DNA of 64,000 nt. It comes from a virus. Its lineage: Duplodnaviria > Caudoviricetes. The translations under genes and the position numbers were made by a program. Of the stretch, positions 1 through 8,899 are shown piece by piece (position 1 is the stretch's first letter; each line of letters opens with the position of its first letter). The notes under the pieces were generated by a model, which saw only the letters and a list, made by a program, of their open reading frames with translations, had not been told where the DNA came from and searched no databases. Location: positions 1 through 64,000 of the IMG/VR virus record IMGVR_UViG_3300037878_000134; one strand, given 5' to 3'.

Positions 1-299
1 GAGTCACCCTGGATACCAGCGCGGTTCCGCAAGATCCCGTGGCCGCGGTGGCCATGACCGCCGAGCAATTGGCGGCCGTTGGCAAGACACCGACGCCAGC
101 TGCGCCCGCCCCTGCGCCGGCGGCCCCGCCCCCCCCAAGCGGCCCCACCCTGCCCATTTTGCGAGTGCTGGAAGCCAAGATGCTCTTCGTGAGCGGACGG
201 GCGACGACTCTGCGGCCGGGCGCCATCATCGATCCCAAGCACTACACCCTGGCCGAGTACCAGACGATCGCGCAGGCGGTGAAGTCAGAGCCGGTTTAG
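1..299 (+). CDS. 5'-truncated phage protein, Ala/Pro-rich (probably head region)
   Basis: Frame of ORF 39..299 stays open back to the window start; lies upstream of the neck genes. Confidence 0.55.
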   Translation, partial: VTLDTSAVPQDPVAAVAMTAEQLAAVGKTPTPAAPAPAPAAPPPPSGPTLPILRVLEAKMLFVSGRATTLRPGAIIDPKHYTLAEYQTIAQAVKSEPV

Positions 300-306
300 A
301 GATCTC

Positions 307-723
307 ATGCCGTTCTCCGTTACAGAGAAGGTGCGCATCCGACACCACATGGGTTATCCCAACGTGGCGCCGGCGCCGTCTCTCTCTGCCGGCGTGCCCA
401 TCCCGCTGCAGACCATGTTCCTGCTCGAGGATGCCATGAACCGGGTGATCGCGGAGGCCGAGCCGATGGTGCGCCAGCAGGTCGCGCGACTCGACACGCT
501 CGACGAGGACATCTTCCAGTCCCGGGTGCGCATGCAAGCCAGCCGGGTCGATGAGATCACCTTGCGCAAGGACGAGCCCGACGCCCTTGAGCGTGAGTAC
601 CTGCGGCAGGCAGCGCGGCTCTCCGAGATGCTGCACGCGCCGCTCTATCCGTTCGCGGCCCGCTTCGCGAACATCAACAGCATCGTGCCCGGCACCCAGG
701 TCGGGATGATCGGAGTCTCCTGA
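307..723 (+). CDS. putative head-tail connector/adaptor protein
   Basis: 138 aa; position at the start of the neck module; stop overlaps next start. Confidence 0.5.
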   Translation: MPFSVTEKVRIRHHMGYPNVAPAPSLSAGVPIPLQTMFLLEDAMNRVIAEAEPMVRQQVARLDTLDEDIFQSRVRMQASRVDEITLRKDEPDALEREYLRQAARLSEMLHAPLYPFAARFANINSIVPGTQVGMIGVS

Positions 724-1118
724 TGTCGATTCCGTCCATGGTCAAGCACACCGGCGTGCTGGTGAGCAGCACCAGCGCGAACAGCTGTGGGCCCCGGCCG
801 GCAAGCGACGCCATCGACACGGGCTTTACCGCGACCTACGCCGCTGCCAAGGGCGGGCAGTTCGACCTTACCACTGGCTCACCCGTGAGCCTCCCCTTCG
901 AAAACATCGCGAAGGTGCGGGTGCTGCAAATGACCGTCAGTGGCAACAGCCTGACCCTGCTGCTGACCTCCGCGGCCGGCACCGACCAGGCCATCCGCCT
1001 GTCGGCCGGCGTGCCCCTGCTGCTCCATCTGCCGAGCTTGGGAGACGAGCTGACCGCCATCAAGGTCCAAGGCAACGGCGCCAGCGGCTCCTATTTCATC
1101 GCGGGAGATCATGCCTGA
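723..1118 (+). CDS. virion accessory protein, paralog 1 of a beta-rich domain
   Basis: 131 aa; resembles the N-terminus of 21719..22480 and the whole of 25937..26311. Confidence 0.6.
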   Translation: MSIPSMVKHTGVLVSSTSANSCGPRPASDAIDTGFTATYAAAKGGQFDLTTGSPVSLPFENIAKVRVLQMTVSGNSLTLLLTSAAGTDQAIRLSAGVPLLLHLPSLGDELTAIKVQGNGASGSYFIAGDHA

Positions 1119-1725
1119 CGATCGCACCACCCCGAGCTCGATCCCGGCGGAGCTTCCCGAGGCTGGCCGCATCGTGCATCCGCTATCCCCGAGCGAGCAG
1201 AACGCGACCTTGGGGGTCGGACTCATTCCGACCGTCGACAACATCCGGCAGATCGCCGTGGACATGGGGTTGCGGCCCTACCGCGTGTACCTCGTGCACG
1301 TGATGTGGTCAGGCGGTCAGCGGGGCGCCGGCAAGCCGTCGGAAGTCAGCAGACGCGAGATCTTGCCGACCCCGAAGCTCCTGGACATGCAGGCCACCAC
1401 CGAGCTCTTGAGCGCCTTCGGCCACACCGAAGACGGCAGTCTGGTGGTGGACAAGATCAGCGCGAAGTACAGCGAGGACGATCTCCTCGGCTGGACCCCC
1501 GACCTCGCGGATCCCGCGAGACCGAACACCGGCAACCGGGGAGCCGACTTCTTCTGGGAGATCGCCGAGAGCCGGGCGACCCACCCCATGCCGATGGCCC
1601 GGCGCTACGATCCCCAAGGCGCGCCCATGCTGCGACTGCCGGGCGGGTGGCGCGTGAGCTTGGCCAAGCGGGATGCCGACCGCGATCCGAGCTTTCTGCC
1701 GTTTGACAATCGGGGGATGTCCTAA
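1111..1725 (+). CDS. putative head-closure/neck protein
   Basis: 204 aa; synteny between adaptor and gp10-like gene. Confidence 0.5.
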   Translation: MPDDRTTPSSIPAELPEAGRIVHPLSPSEQNATLGVGLIPTVDNIRQIAVDMGLRPYRVYLVHVMWSGGQRGAGKPSEVSRREILPTPKLLDMQATTELLSAFGHTEDGSLVVDKISAKYSEDDLLGWTPDLADPARPNTGNRGADFFWEIAESRATHPMPMARRYDPQGAPMLRLPGGWRVSLAKRDADRDPSFLPFDNRGMS

Positions 1726-2246
1726 TGGCGCAGCCCCTCGCGCTCGTGGATCTCAGCGGCTACGTGGTGGCCCTCACAAAGCGCCGTCGCGAGCAGGTCG
1801 TGCATGCCATCCAGCTGACTTGCGCCACCAAGGGATTGGCGACGATCCAGGAGGTCATCAACAACACGCAGCCGCACGTGCCCGTTGACCGCGGGGCCTA
1901 TCGGCGAGGGTTCAAGGCTCGCGACGATGCCAACGGCTGCAAGATCGTAAATACCGTCAGGTACGCGCCCGCCATCGAGTGGGGCCGTGCCCCCGGCACC
2001 ATGCCGCCCATCTTGGCTTTGGCGGAGTGGGTGGAGCGCAAGGGGCTGGTGCCGCGCGCCCGAGCCGGCAAGAAGAGCGGCTGGACATCCTGGGATCGCC
2101 GCCAAGGCGCTCTGCAGATCGCCTGGCTCATCGCCCGGAAGATCAAAGCGAGGGGCACCGAAGCGCGCCGGATTATCGCGAGATCCCTCGCGCGCGTCAC
2201 GAGTGACGTCATGCAGGCCGCGCACGCCGCGGCAGGGGGCCGCTGA
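1725..2246 (+). CDS. HK97 gp10-like neck protein
   Basis: PVDRGAYRRG...YAPAIEWG motif typical of the HK97 gp10 family. Confidence 0.7.
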   Translation: MAQPLALVDLSGYVVALTKRRREQVVHAIQLTCATKGLATIQEVINNTQPHVPVDRGAYRRGFKARDDANGCKIVNTVRYAPAIEWGRAPGTMPPILALAEWVERKGLVPRARAGKKSGWTSWDRRQGALQIAWLIARKIKARGTEARRIIARSLARVTSDVMQAAHAAAGGR

Positions 2247-2896
2247 TGTTCAGGCGGGAGGACTACAGCCGCAGAGCCACGCGCGACGTTCGCAGCGCGG
2301 CTGCGCTGACCTTGGCGCGCCACCTGGCCAAGCTGGAATTCAATCCCGGCGGGCAACATCAGCGGTTTACCAACGTCTTCGACGAGTGGCCGGCGTACCT
2401 CGACCGCTACTTGCCACCCGTGGCCTGCGTACTGCCAGCCTCCTGGACCTACGGGGCTTGGAGCTTCACGCCGACGCTCATCGAGGACACGTGGGAGCCC
2501 CAAGGCGCTCAGGGCTTTGGCCTGTACAAGACGGCCGAGCTGGAGTGCGAGATGGAGGTTTCGCTGCGAACCACCACCCCGGCTGAGCGCGAGACCATCG
2601 TGCTGGCCATCGAGGACGCCTTCCAAGATCCGCAGATGCTCATGTCGCAGGCCCGCGGGCCGCGCAACTCGGTCATCTTGCCCATGCCCGAATACTACGG
2701 CCTGACCGCGCGGTTCAGCCTGCAGCGCGGCCGCACCATCGACGATCCCGACAGTGCCCTGCGTGAGCGCCGGGACGCGGTCATGACCGTCTCTGTCCAG
2801 GCCAACAAGGTCAAGCTCGGACCGGTCTTCCCCATGGCGCTGCACCTGACCAAGCAGAGCGGCGAAATCGTAGTGGACAGCATTCCACCCACCTAG
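2246..2896 (+). CDS. putative tail terminator/completion protein
   Basis: 216 aa, immediately upstream of the sheath gene. Confidence 0.5.
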   Translation: MFRREDYSRRATRDVRSAAALTLARHLAKLEFNPGGQHQRFTNVFDEWPAYLDRYLPPVACVLPASWTYGAWSFTPTLIEDTWEPQGAQGFGLYKTAELECEMEVSLRTTTPAERETIVLAIEDAFQDPQMLMSQARGPRNSVILPMPEYYGLTARFSLQRGRTIDDPDSALRERRDAVMTVSVQANKVKLGPVFPMALHLTKQSGEIVVDSIPPT

Positions 2897-2906
2897 GAGC
2901 TGAGAA

Positions 2907-4754
2907 ATGTTCATCCTTCGGACAACCCAACCCCCCAGCACCCAGAAGCTACTGGAGCTTGAGCGGATCGTAATCGTGGACGAGGCTGGCGTGAACGTGC
3001 CGGCCGGCGGTGGCGCCGTCCGCGCGTGCCTGGTGGGCGAGTTCCCGCAAGGTCCGTTTGGCCCCACCGTGGTGCGCTCCTCGGGCGACACCCAGAACCT
3101 CTACATCGGCGCCAACGCGAACAAGTTCACGCTCATCAGCCAAGGCAGCTTCAACCCCGCGGGCTCGGGCGTCGATACCGACGGCTCCGGGGTGACCTTC
3201 GACGGCAACGGCTGGGCCGAGCTCAAGGGCAAGACCTTCAGCGGGCTGGTCATCCAGCGGGTCGACTGCGACGCCGTCGCGGCCGATTCCTCGGTCGTCA
3301 AGTCCTACGTGGCCTTCACGGTGACCGTGGACACCACCGACTACACCACCATCAGCGGCGTCAACTACACTAACAAGGACATCGTGATCCCGTCGGGCAC
3401 GCGCTTCGCCGAGACCACGATCGGTTCGGCGACCGTGGTGCTGGCGCTCTCCCAGCAGATCACCATTCCCGCGGGCTCTGTCGTCACGGGCGGTGGCGAG
3501 ATTGTTTGCGGCATCAACTTCACCCAGGATGCCGCGACCGGGATGCTCACCTACGTGGCGACCGGCGGGACCACCGGGGCCACTGCGTTCTTCGTCAAGG
3601 GCACGACGGCTGCCATCGCGGTCATCGATACCGTGATCGACGCGGCGATCCCGAATGTGGCATCGGTCATCAAGGCCACCGGGATCAGCACCATCGGCCC
3701 CACGGGATCTGCCGCGGCCGTGTTCGCGCCGGCGGGTGGCGGCGCGGCGCCCTCACCCGACACGCTTTCCAACCGCATCGTGGCCAACTACGCCGCGGCC
3801 ATCGACAAGACGCTGCCCGGCCAGGCCGCCACCAATGACATCGCGGGCATCTGGTCGGCCCGCAACTATCACTGCACGGTCACCAGCGCGATGTCGAACC
3901 TGCGCAAGAAGCTGTGGACCGCCAACGCCGTCGCAGCCAGCACCACCGGGCGCGGGCGTGTTGCCTGCGTGACCGCTGCCCCTTGCACCGATCTCACGCC
4001 CACGGTTGCCCTCTCGACGACGCTGGCTCTGTACACGGCCCAGCTCTCGACCGACAGCGTGGTGGGGCCGGACGCCGATCGCTACTGGCTCTCCGGGCCC
4101 TACGTTCAGGTGTTCAGCCAGGAGCTGAACGCCGATATCACGATCTCGAGCTGCGGGTTCCGCGCGGCCCAGAAGGTCAATCTCTTCAACGACGGTCGCT
4201 CGGAGTATCTGACCTCGTGCGGGGTTCCCTTCAACTCGACCATTCAGCAAGTCGATGCGCAAGAGCCGGGCTTCGCCGCCAACCCGCTGCCCGATGACAC
4301 CTACTACCGCGATCTCAAAGCCGCGGGCGTGGCCTGGTTCGTTCAGGACCGCACGGCTGGCTGGTGGTTCTATAGCGGCGTCACCGGCGCCAGCCCCGTG
4401 CTTTACGCCAATCGCGTCGACGACAACCGCCGCAGCTTCGCCGACGAAGTGGAAGACCAGATCCTGGCGCTGGCTTCGCGCTACTCGAAGCTGCCGGGCA
4501 CCACCGAGCGCCAGGACGCCTTCACGTCCGACATGCGGGCGTACCTCGACGGCATGGTGAACCCGCCACCCGGCGTCAACAAGCGGGCCAGGCAGTACCA
4601 GGTCCTCGACGGCGCCAAGGCCGGCAACACCGACACGCTCAACGGGCAAGGGATCTACCTGTTCAGCGCGTCGGTCGTGATGTTCGGGTCCATGAAGACC
4701 ATCATGATCACCGCGGCGATCGGCGCCACGGTGGTGATCACCCAGGTTTCCTAG
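2907..4754 (+). CDS. tail sheath protein
   Basis: 615 aa; N-terminal LVGEFPQGPFGP and C-terminal sheath-like region; followed by a tube-sized gene; RBS GGAG. Confidence 0.75.
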   Translation: MFILRTTQPPSTQKLLELERIVIVDEAGVNVPAGGGAVRACLVGEFPQGPFGPTVVRSSGDTQNLYIGANANKFTLISQGSFNPAGSGVDTDGSGVTFDGNGWAELKGKTFSGLVIQRVDCDAVAADSSVVKSYVAFTVTVDTTDYTTISGVNYTNKDIVIPSGTRFAETTIGSATVVLALSQQITIPAGSVVTGGGEIVCGINFTQDAATGMLTYVATGGTTGATAFFVKGTTAAIAVIDTVIDAAIPNVASVIKATGISTIGPTGSAAAVFAPAGGGAAPSPDTLSNRIVANYAAAIDKTLPGQAATNDIAGIWSARNYHCTVTSAMSNLRKKLWTANAVAASTTGRGRVACVTAAPCTDLTPTVALSTTLALYTAQLSTDSVVGPDADRYWLSGPYVQVFSQELNADITISSCGFRAAQKVNLFNDGRSEYLTSCGVPFNSTIQQVDAQEPGFAANPLPDDTYYRDLKAAGVAWFVQDRTAGWWFYSGVTGASPVLYANRVDDNRRSFADEVEDQILALASRYSKLPGTTERQDAFTSDMRAYLDGMVNPPPGVNKRARQYQVLDGAKAGNTDTLNGQGIYLFSASVVMFGSMKTIMITAAIGATVVITQVS

Positions 4755-4765
4755 GGAGATAAACC

Positions 4766-5206
4766 ATGTCTGACTTTCGAGTTCTAGGCCGAGACATCAC
4801 CCTGCGGGCGACCGAGGGCGGCGTCCTTCTGAACGAGACGACCGCCATCAAGAACCTGACCTTCAAGGCCGTGGTCAAGCTCATCAGCGAAGGCTTTCTG
4901 GGCGAGGCAGCGCTGCGCCACCGGGAGATTTTTGAGGAAGTGCAGATCGCTTGGGGCTGGGAGCCCGAGAGCAAGCAGGTCTTCGGCCTGGTCCGAGACG
5001 TGTACGAGCGCTCGCGGACCGGCCAAGCCAACCCCATCCAGATCAACATGGGCTTCCGCATCCAGTTCCCCAGCCAGGTCATCGCCCGCATCACGGTGCC
5101 GGACATCCAGTTCGACGACATCGGCAACCTGAACATGTCGGGCCGCGACGCCTTCGCCGACATGACCTTCAGCGGCAAGAGCGATCGCTACATCCTCGAC
5201 ATCTGA
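4766..5206 (+). CDS. tail tube protein
   Basis: 146 aa after the sheath gene; RBS GGGAG. Confidence 0.7.
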   Translation: MSDFRVLGRDITLRATEGGVLLNETTAIKNLTFKAVVKLISEGFLGEAALRHREIFEEVQIAWGWEPESKQVFGLVRDVYERSRTGQANPIQINMGFRIQFPSQVIARITVPDIQFDDIGNLNMSGRDAFADMTFSGKSDRYILDI

Positions 5207-5214
5207 GAGCGCCC

Positions 5215-5613
5215 ATGCCCGACCCCACCATCCCCCCCACGAGCCCCCACGCCGCAGCGTCAGCCGCGATCGCGCGCCTGCCGAAGTTCACGTTCACGAT
5301 CCCGGAGGAAGAGCGGGGACTCGACACGGATCCGAAGACCATCACGATTCGCGAGCTGACCTACGGCGAGGAGCAGCAGGCGCAGCAAGCCGCCAGCGCG
5401 CACGGAACGACCGTGCTCAATGAGTCGGCCATGCGCTCCGTCGTGGCGGCGGACGACAAGCCCGTCACCTGGGAAAACGACGGCAAGGAGCGCTTCTATC
5501 AGACGCTCTCGAACAAGGCGCGCGAGCTCCTCATGCAGGCGTTCGTGGATATCGCCCTGCCCAAGCCGGAGGGGCGCAGGGCTTTTTTAGCGTCTCGAAA
5601 GACAACGCTCTAG
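5215..5613 (+). CDS. tail assembly chaperone (lambda gpG-like)
   Basis: Between tube and tape measure; ends just after a T TTT TTA slippery site. Confidence 0.75.
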   Translation: MPDPTIPPTSPHAAASAAIARLPKFTFTIPEEERGLDTDPKTITIRELTYGEEQQAQQAASAHGTTVLNESAMRSVVAADDKPVTWENDGKERFYQTLSNKARELLMQAFVDIALPKPEGRRAFLASRKTTL

Positions 5614-5768
5614 GGGAGGCACAAGAGCGACATTGGCGCAACATCGCGTACATCGCGCGGTACGGGCGCCAACCGCTTTCGGAGATCCTGGCGCTCACCT
5701 CACGGGAGATCGCTGCGTTCAGCGAAGGCCTCGCCTATTGGGTCAAGCTCGAAAACGGGGGCAAGTGA
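5583..5768 (+). CDS. -1 frameshift extension of the tail chaperone (gpGT-like)
   Basis: Slippery heptamer TTTTTTA at 5583-5589; -1 frame open to TGA 5766-5768 (FSVSKDNALGEAQERHWRNIAYIARYGRQPLSEIL...), ending 3 nt before the tape measure start. Confidence 0.8.
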   Translation, partial: FFSVSKDNALGEAQERHWRNIAYIARYGRQPLSEILALTSREIAAFSEGLAYWVKLENGGK

Positions 5769-5771
5769 TCC

Positions 5772-7607
5772 GTGGCTGATGTTGGCGGCGATCCCAATCG
5801 CGAAGTTGCCATTGCCTTCACGGTCAAGGGCGACGCCGAGCAAAAGGCTAGCGGGCTAGCCCGCGCCTTCGCCGGCGTGCACCGGGCGGCCGACGCGGCC
5901 AAGGCACGCGTGAACGAAGTGGGTCGCAGCTTCGTGGTGGGCGCCGTTGGGGCCGCGGGGCTGACCCTCGGTCTGCGTGAGATCTGGGCGCAGTCGAAGG
6001 AAGTCAACTTGTCGATGGACGCGATGCAGAAGCGCATCGCGGGCTCCACCTTCGCGTTTGCGACCTGGAAGAAGGGCACGACCGGGCTCGAGAAGTGGCG
6101 CGAGTCCATGCGGGACGGCGTCGAAATCACCGAGAAGCTGGAGGGCGTGAGCCGCCGCCACAAGGTGTCGCGCGAGGAGCTGGTCGGGATCTACGCCAGT
6201 CAAGCGCAGATGAGCGAGCGCTACCGGCAGTCGCAGGCGCAGCAAATCGATTTCAGCGAGAAGCTGGCGGCCACCCAGAACGTGCTGGGCATCAGCGCCG
6301 AGGGCGCCGGCATGATGATCGCCCGAGCCGCGATGACCGGAGCGATTCAGCTCCGGACTCAGCTCGGGCGCCAACTGGCGGCCGGCGTCGGGGATCTGAA
6401 GGCCTTCAAACGCGCCTCGGAAGAAGTTCGTTTCGAGAAACTCAAGAAGGCGCTCGGCGACATGGTGCCGGCCTCGCAGGAGATGGGCAAGGGGATGAAG
6501 GGGGCACTCTTCGACTTGAAGGAATTCGGCGAGGAGGGGCTGCGGGATCTGACACGACCGATGTTCAGCCAGCAGACAAAGTCCCTGCGCGACTGGGCGG
6601 CCAACCTGACGAAGATTCGGGACGACGGCCAAAGCATCGTGGCCACGTACGGGGAGAAGCTCGCCAAGGCGTTCACGACCATCAAGGATGTCTCCGGCTC
6701 CATCGCGCAGCACTGGAAGCTCATCGCGGGCCTGTTCGTCGCGGGCAAGCTCGGCGGGATGGCGGGCGGGGCCATCCGGGCTTTCACCGCGCCCGCCGCA
6801 GGCGCAGGAGCCGCCGGCCTCTTGGGGGGCGGAACGGTCGGCAGCATGAGCATCCAGGCCGCCAACGTCGTGGTCAACTCGGCCGGCATGGGTGGCGCGA
6901 TCGGGGCCGCCACCAGCGCCGGCGTGACCAAGGCGACCTCCGGCGGGCTCGCGCGCTTCGCCAGCGGGCTCGCGGCGGGCGCCAGCAAGGCCTTCATCGC
7001 GGCCGAAGCCGTGGGGGCTTTGGCGGTTGCCGCGGCGGCCTGGGTTGACGAGTGGCAGACCGGAAAACTCAAGCAGCAGCAGGTGGCGCCCGTTCAGACC
7101 ATGAACGCCTTGCACGCCGGCATCACCGCCATGAAGACCGGGGGCGAGGAGCAGGCGCGGCACCTCAAGGGAGTCTCGGAAGCGTTCGGCCTCAAGGCTG
7201 GCCAGCACGTATCGGCCGCCGCCATCGAGGCCGGGCTGCGAACCATGCCTCTGACCGAAGCGCAGAAGCTGGCGCGCGGCTATGGGTTTTCGGGCCAGGT
7301 CTCGGCCAACGCCATGGGGGAATTCGCTCCCCACGTGGCTGCGCAAATTGCCAAGAACCTGAATGATCTCATCGATCAAGCCATGAAGGCGCACGGCGCG
7401 GCCTTCAAGGAGACCGAAGAGAAGTCCAACAAGGAGAAAGCCGCCCGGGCGGCCCCAGTCACCAACATCGGCGTAGTCAATCTCACCCAGGACTTCAAGG
7501 CCGACGATCCCGAGCGCATCTTCCACCGGGCGGCACGCGAGATGGTCTCGGAGCTCAACCAGCTCCATCAGCACCCCGACCACTCCCCCGCGGCGAGGCA
7601 CACCTAA
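5772..7607 (+). CDS. tape measure protein
   Basis: 611 aa, Ala/Gly-rich and helical; canonical position after the chaperones. Confidence 0.8.
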   Translation: MADVGGDPNREVAIAFTVKGDAEQKASGLARAFAGVHRAADAAKARVNEVGRSFVVGAVGAAGLTLGLREIWAQSKEVNLSMDAMQKRIAGSTFAFATWKKGTTGLEKWRESMRDGVEITEKLEGVSRRHKVSREELVGIYASQAQMSERYRQSQAQQIDFSEKLAATQNVLGISAEGAGMMIARAAMTGAIQLRTQLGRQLAAGVGDLKAFKRASEEVRFEKLKKALGDMVPASQEMGKGMKGALFDLKEFGEEGLRDLTRPMFSQQTKSLRDWAANLTKIRDDGQSIVATYGEKLAKAFTTIKDVSGSIAQHWKLIAGLFVAGKLGGMAGGAIRAFTAPAAGAGAAGLLGGGTVGSMSIQAANVVVNSAGMGGAIGAATSAGVTKATSGGLARFASGLAAGASKAFIAAEAVGALAVAAAAWVDEWQTGKLKQQQVAPVQTMNALHAGITAMKTGGEEQARHLKGVSEAFGLKAGQHVSAAAIEAGLRTMPLTEAQKLARGYGFSGQVSANAMGEFAPHVAAQIAKNLNDLIDQAMKAHGAAFKETEEKSNKEKAARAAPVTNIGVVNLTQDFKADDPERIFHRAAREMVSELNQLHQHPDHSPAARHT

Positions 7608-8899
7608 TGCCTCTTGCCGGTTACACGCCCGAGGCGACCGACTTTCGCATCATCCCCCTGGATGACACGCAGAACCTCCCGGTCATCTCGCTGCAGGGTT
7701 TCATGCTCCCCGTCCGGGGCGTGTCGTTCCCGACGGAGCAGCGGATCAAGACCACGTATTACCCCGGCAACGCCCAGGCGAGCCAGACCGTGCTCGGGCC
7801 CATCTTGCCCAACACCACCATCGTGGGCCGCTGGATGGACATCTCTCGCAACGTCGCGGACGGCGAGCCCCGCACGGTCGTGCGCCAGATCGAGTATCTG
7901 GTCCAGCACGCCGTTCCGGTCGAGGTGCAGTGGGGCGGGCGCAACTTCGGCGCCAGCAGCAACATCGATGACGATCCGGCCATCGTCAGGCGCGGACTCA
8001 TCAAGAAGATCGATCCCAAGTACAACCGCCTCGAGGACATCGAGTGGTCGATCGAATTCGAGTGGGCGGGCGGCGACGTCCAGTCGCAGTCGCCCACCCT
8101 GTCGAGCGACGTCGTTGACCAGGGCGGGGCCTTCGTCGACTTCAGCGACATGATGGGAACCACCGTCGACGCTACCCAGTCGTGGATGGAAACCGCCTGG
8201 AAACACCTGAACGACGGCGCCAACGAGCTTTTGGCCGTCTCGGACGCCCTGGACTACCTGCAGAACCGCCTACTCGACGCCATCAGCGTGGTGGACGGTG
8301 CCTCCGACCTTCTGCAATCGCTGGCCGAGCTGCCGGCCAATATCGGCAACCGCGTGCGGGGAGTCGCGGATCGGGCCGTGTTGGCGTGCGCGAACGGTCG
8401 CGCGGCAGTCGACGCCTTCTGTGGCACATGGGAGCTCGTGAGCCGCGGACTGCCGCAAGCGGCCACGCCCGGCAGCATCAACAACCCGCTGCGCGTGGAG
8501 GCCCGGCGGGCGCTGCTCGCCATGATGCCGACCGACGATCCGCTGGACCACCTCGATAAGCAAACCGCCCTGCACGACGTGATCGGCCAGTGGGACACCA
8601 CGGCGGCGCTGGCGGCCCGGCGCTCCGCCGCCGTGCAATCGCAGACGCTTCCCGATGTGATCGCCATCGAGCGGCCCCCAGCCGGCTCGGACCTGCGCGA
8701 TCTGGCGGTCCGTTACTACGGCGATTCGTCTCTGTGGATCGTGATCGCCGCCTACCCGGCCAACAACCTGGACAGCTCGGAAGTGCCGGCCACGCCCACG
8801 GGCCCGAGCGACATTGGCGCGCCGCCAATCTATATCCCACGACTGACGAGCGCCTCAACCGCGCTCGCAGCTCTGTGGGGGGAGGAAACCACGCCGTGA
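7607..8899 (+). CDS. tail tube initiator/baseplate protein with C-terminal LysM/gpX-like motif
   Basis: 430 aa; DLRDLAVRYYGDSSLWIVIA resembles gpX/LysM; follows tape measure. Confidence 0.6.
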   Translation: MPLAGYTPEATDFRIIPLDDTQNLPVISLQGFMLPVRGVSFPTEQRIKTTYYPGNAQASQTVLGPILPNTTIVGRWMDISRNVADGEPRTVVRQIEYLVQHAVPVEVQWGGRNFGASSNIDDDPAIVRRGLIKKIDPKYNRLEDIEWSIEFEWAGGDVQSQSPTLSSDVVDQGGAFVDFSDMMGTTVDATQSWMETAWKHLNDGANELLAVSDALDYLQNRLLDAISVVDGASDLLQSLAELPANIGNRVRGVADRAVLACANGRAAVDAFCGTWELVSRGLPQAATPGSINNPLRVEARRALLAMMPTDDPLDHLDKQTALHDVIGQWDTTAALAARRSAAVQSQTLPDVIAIERPPAGSDLRDLAVRYYGDSSLWIVIAAYPANNLDSSEVPATPTGPSDIGAPPIYIPRLTSASTALAALWGEETTP

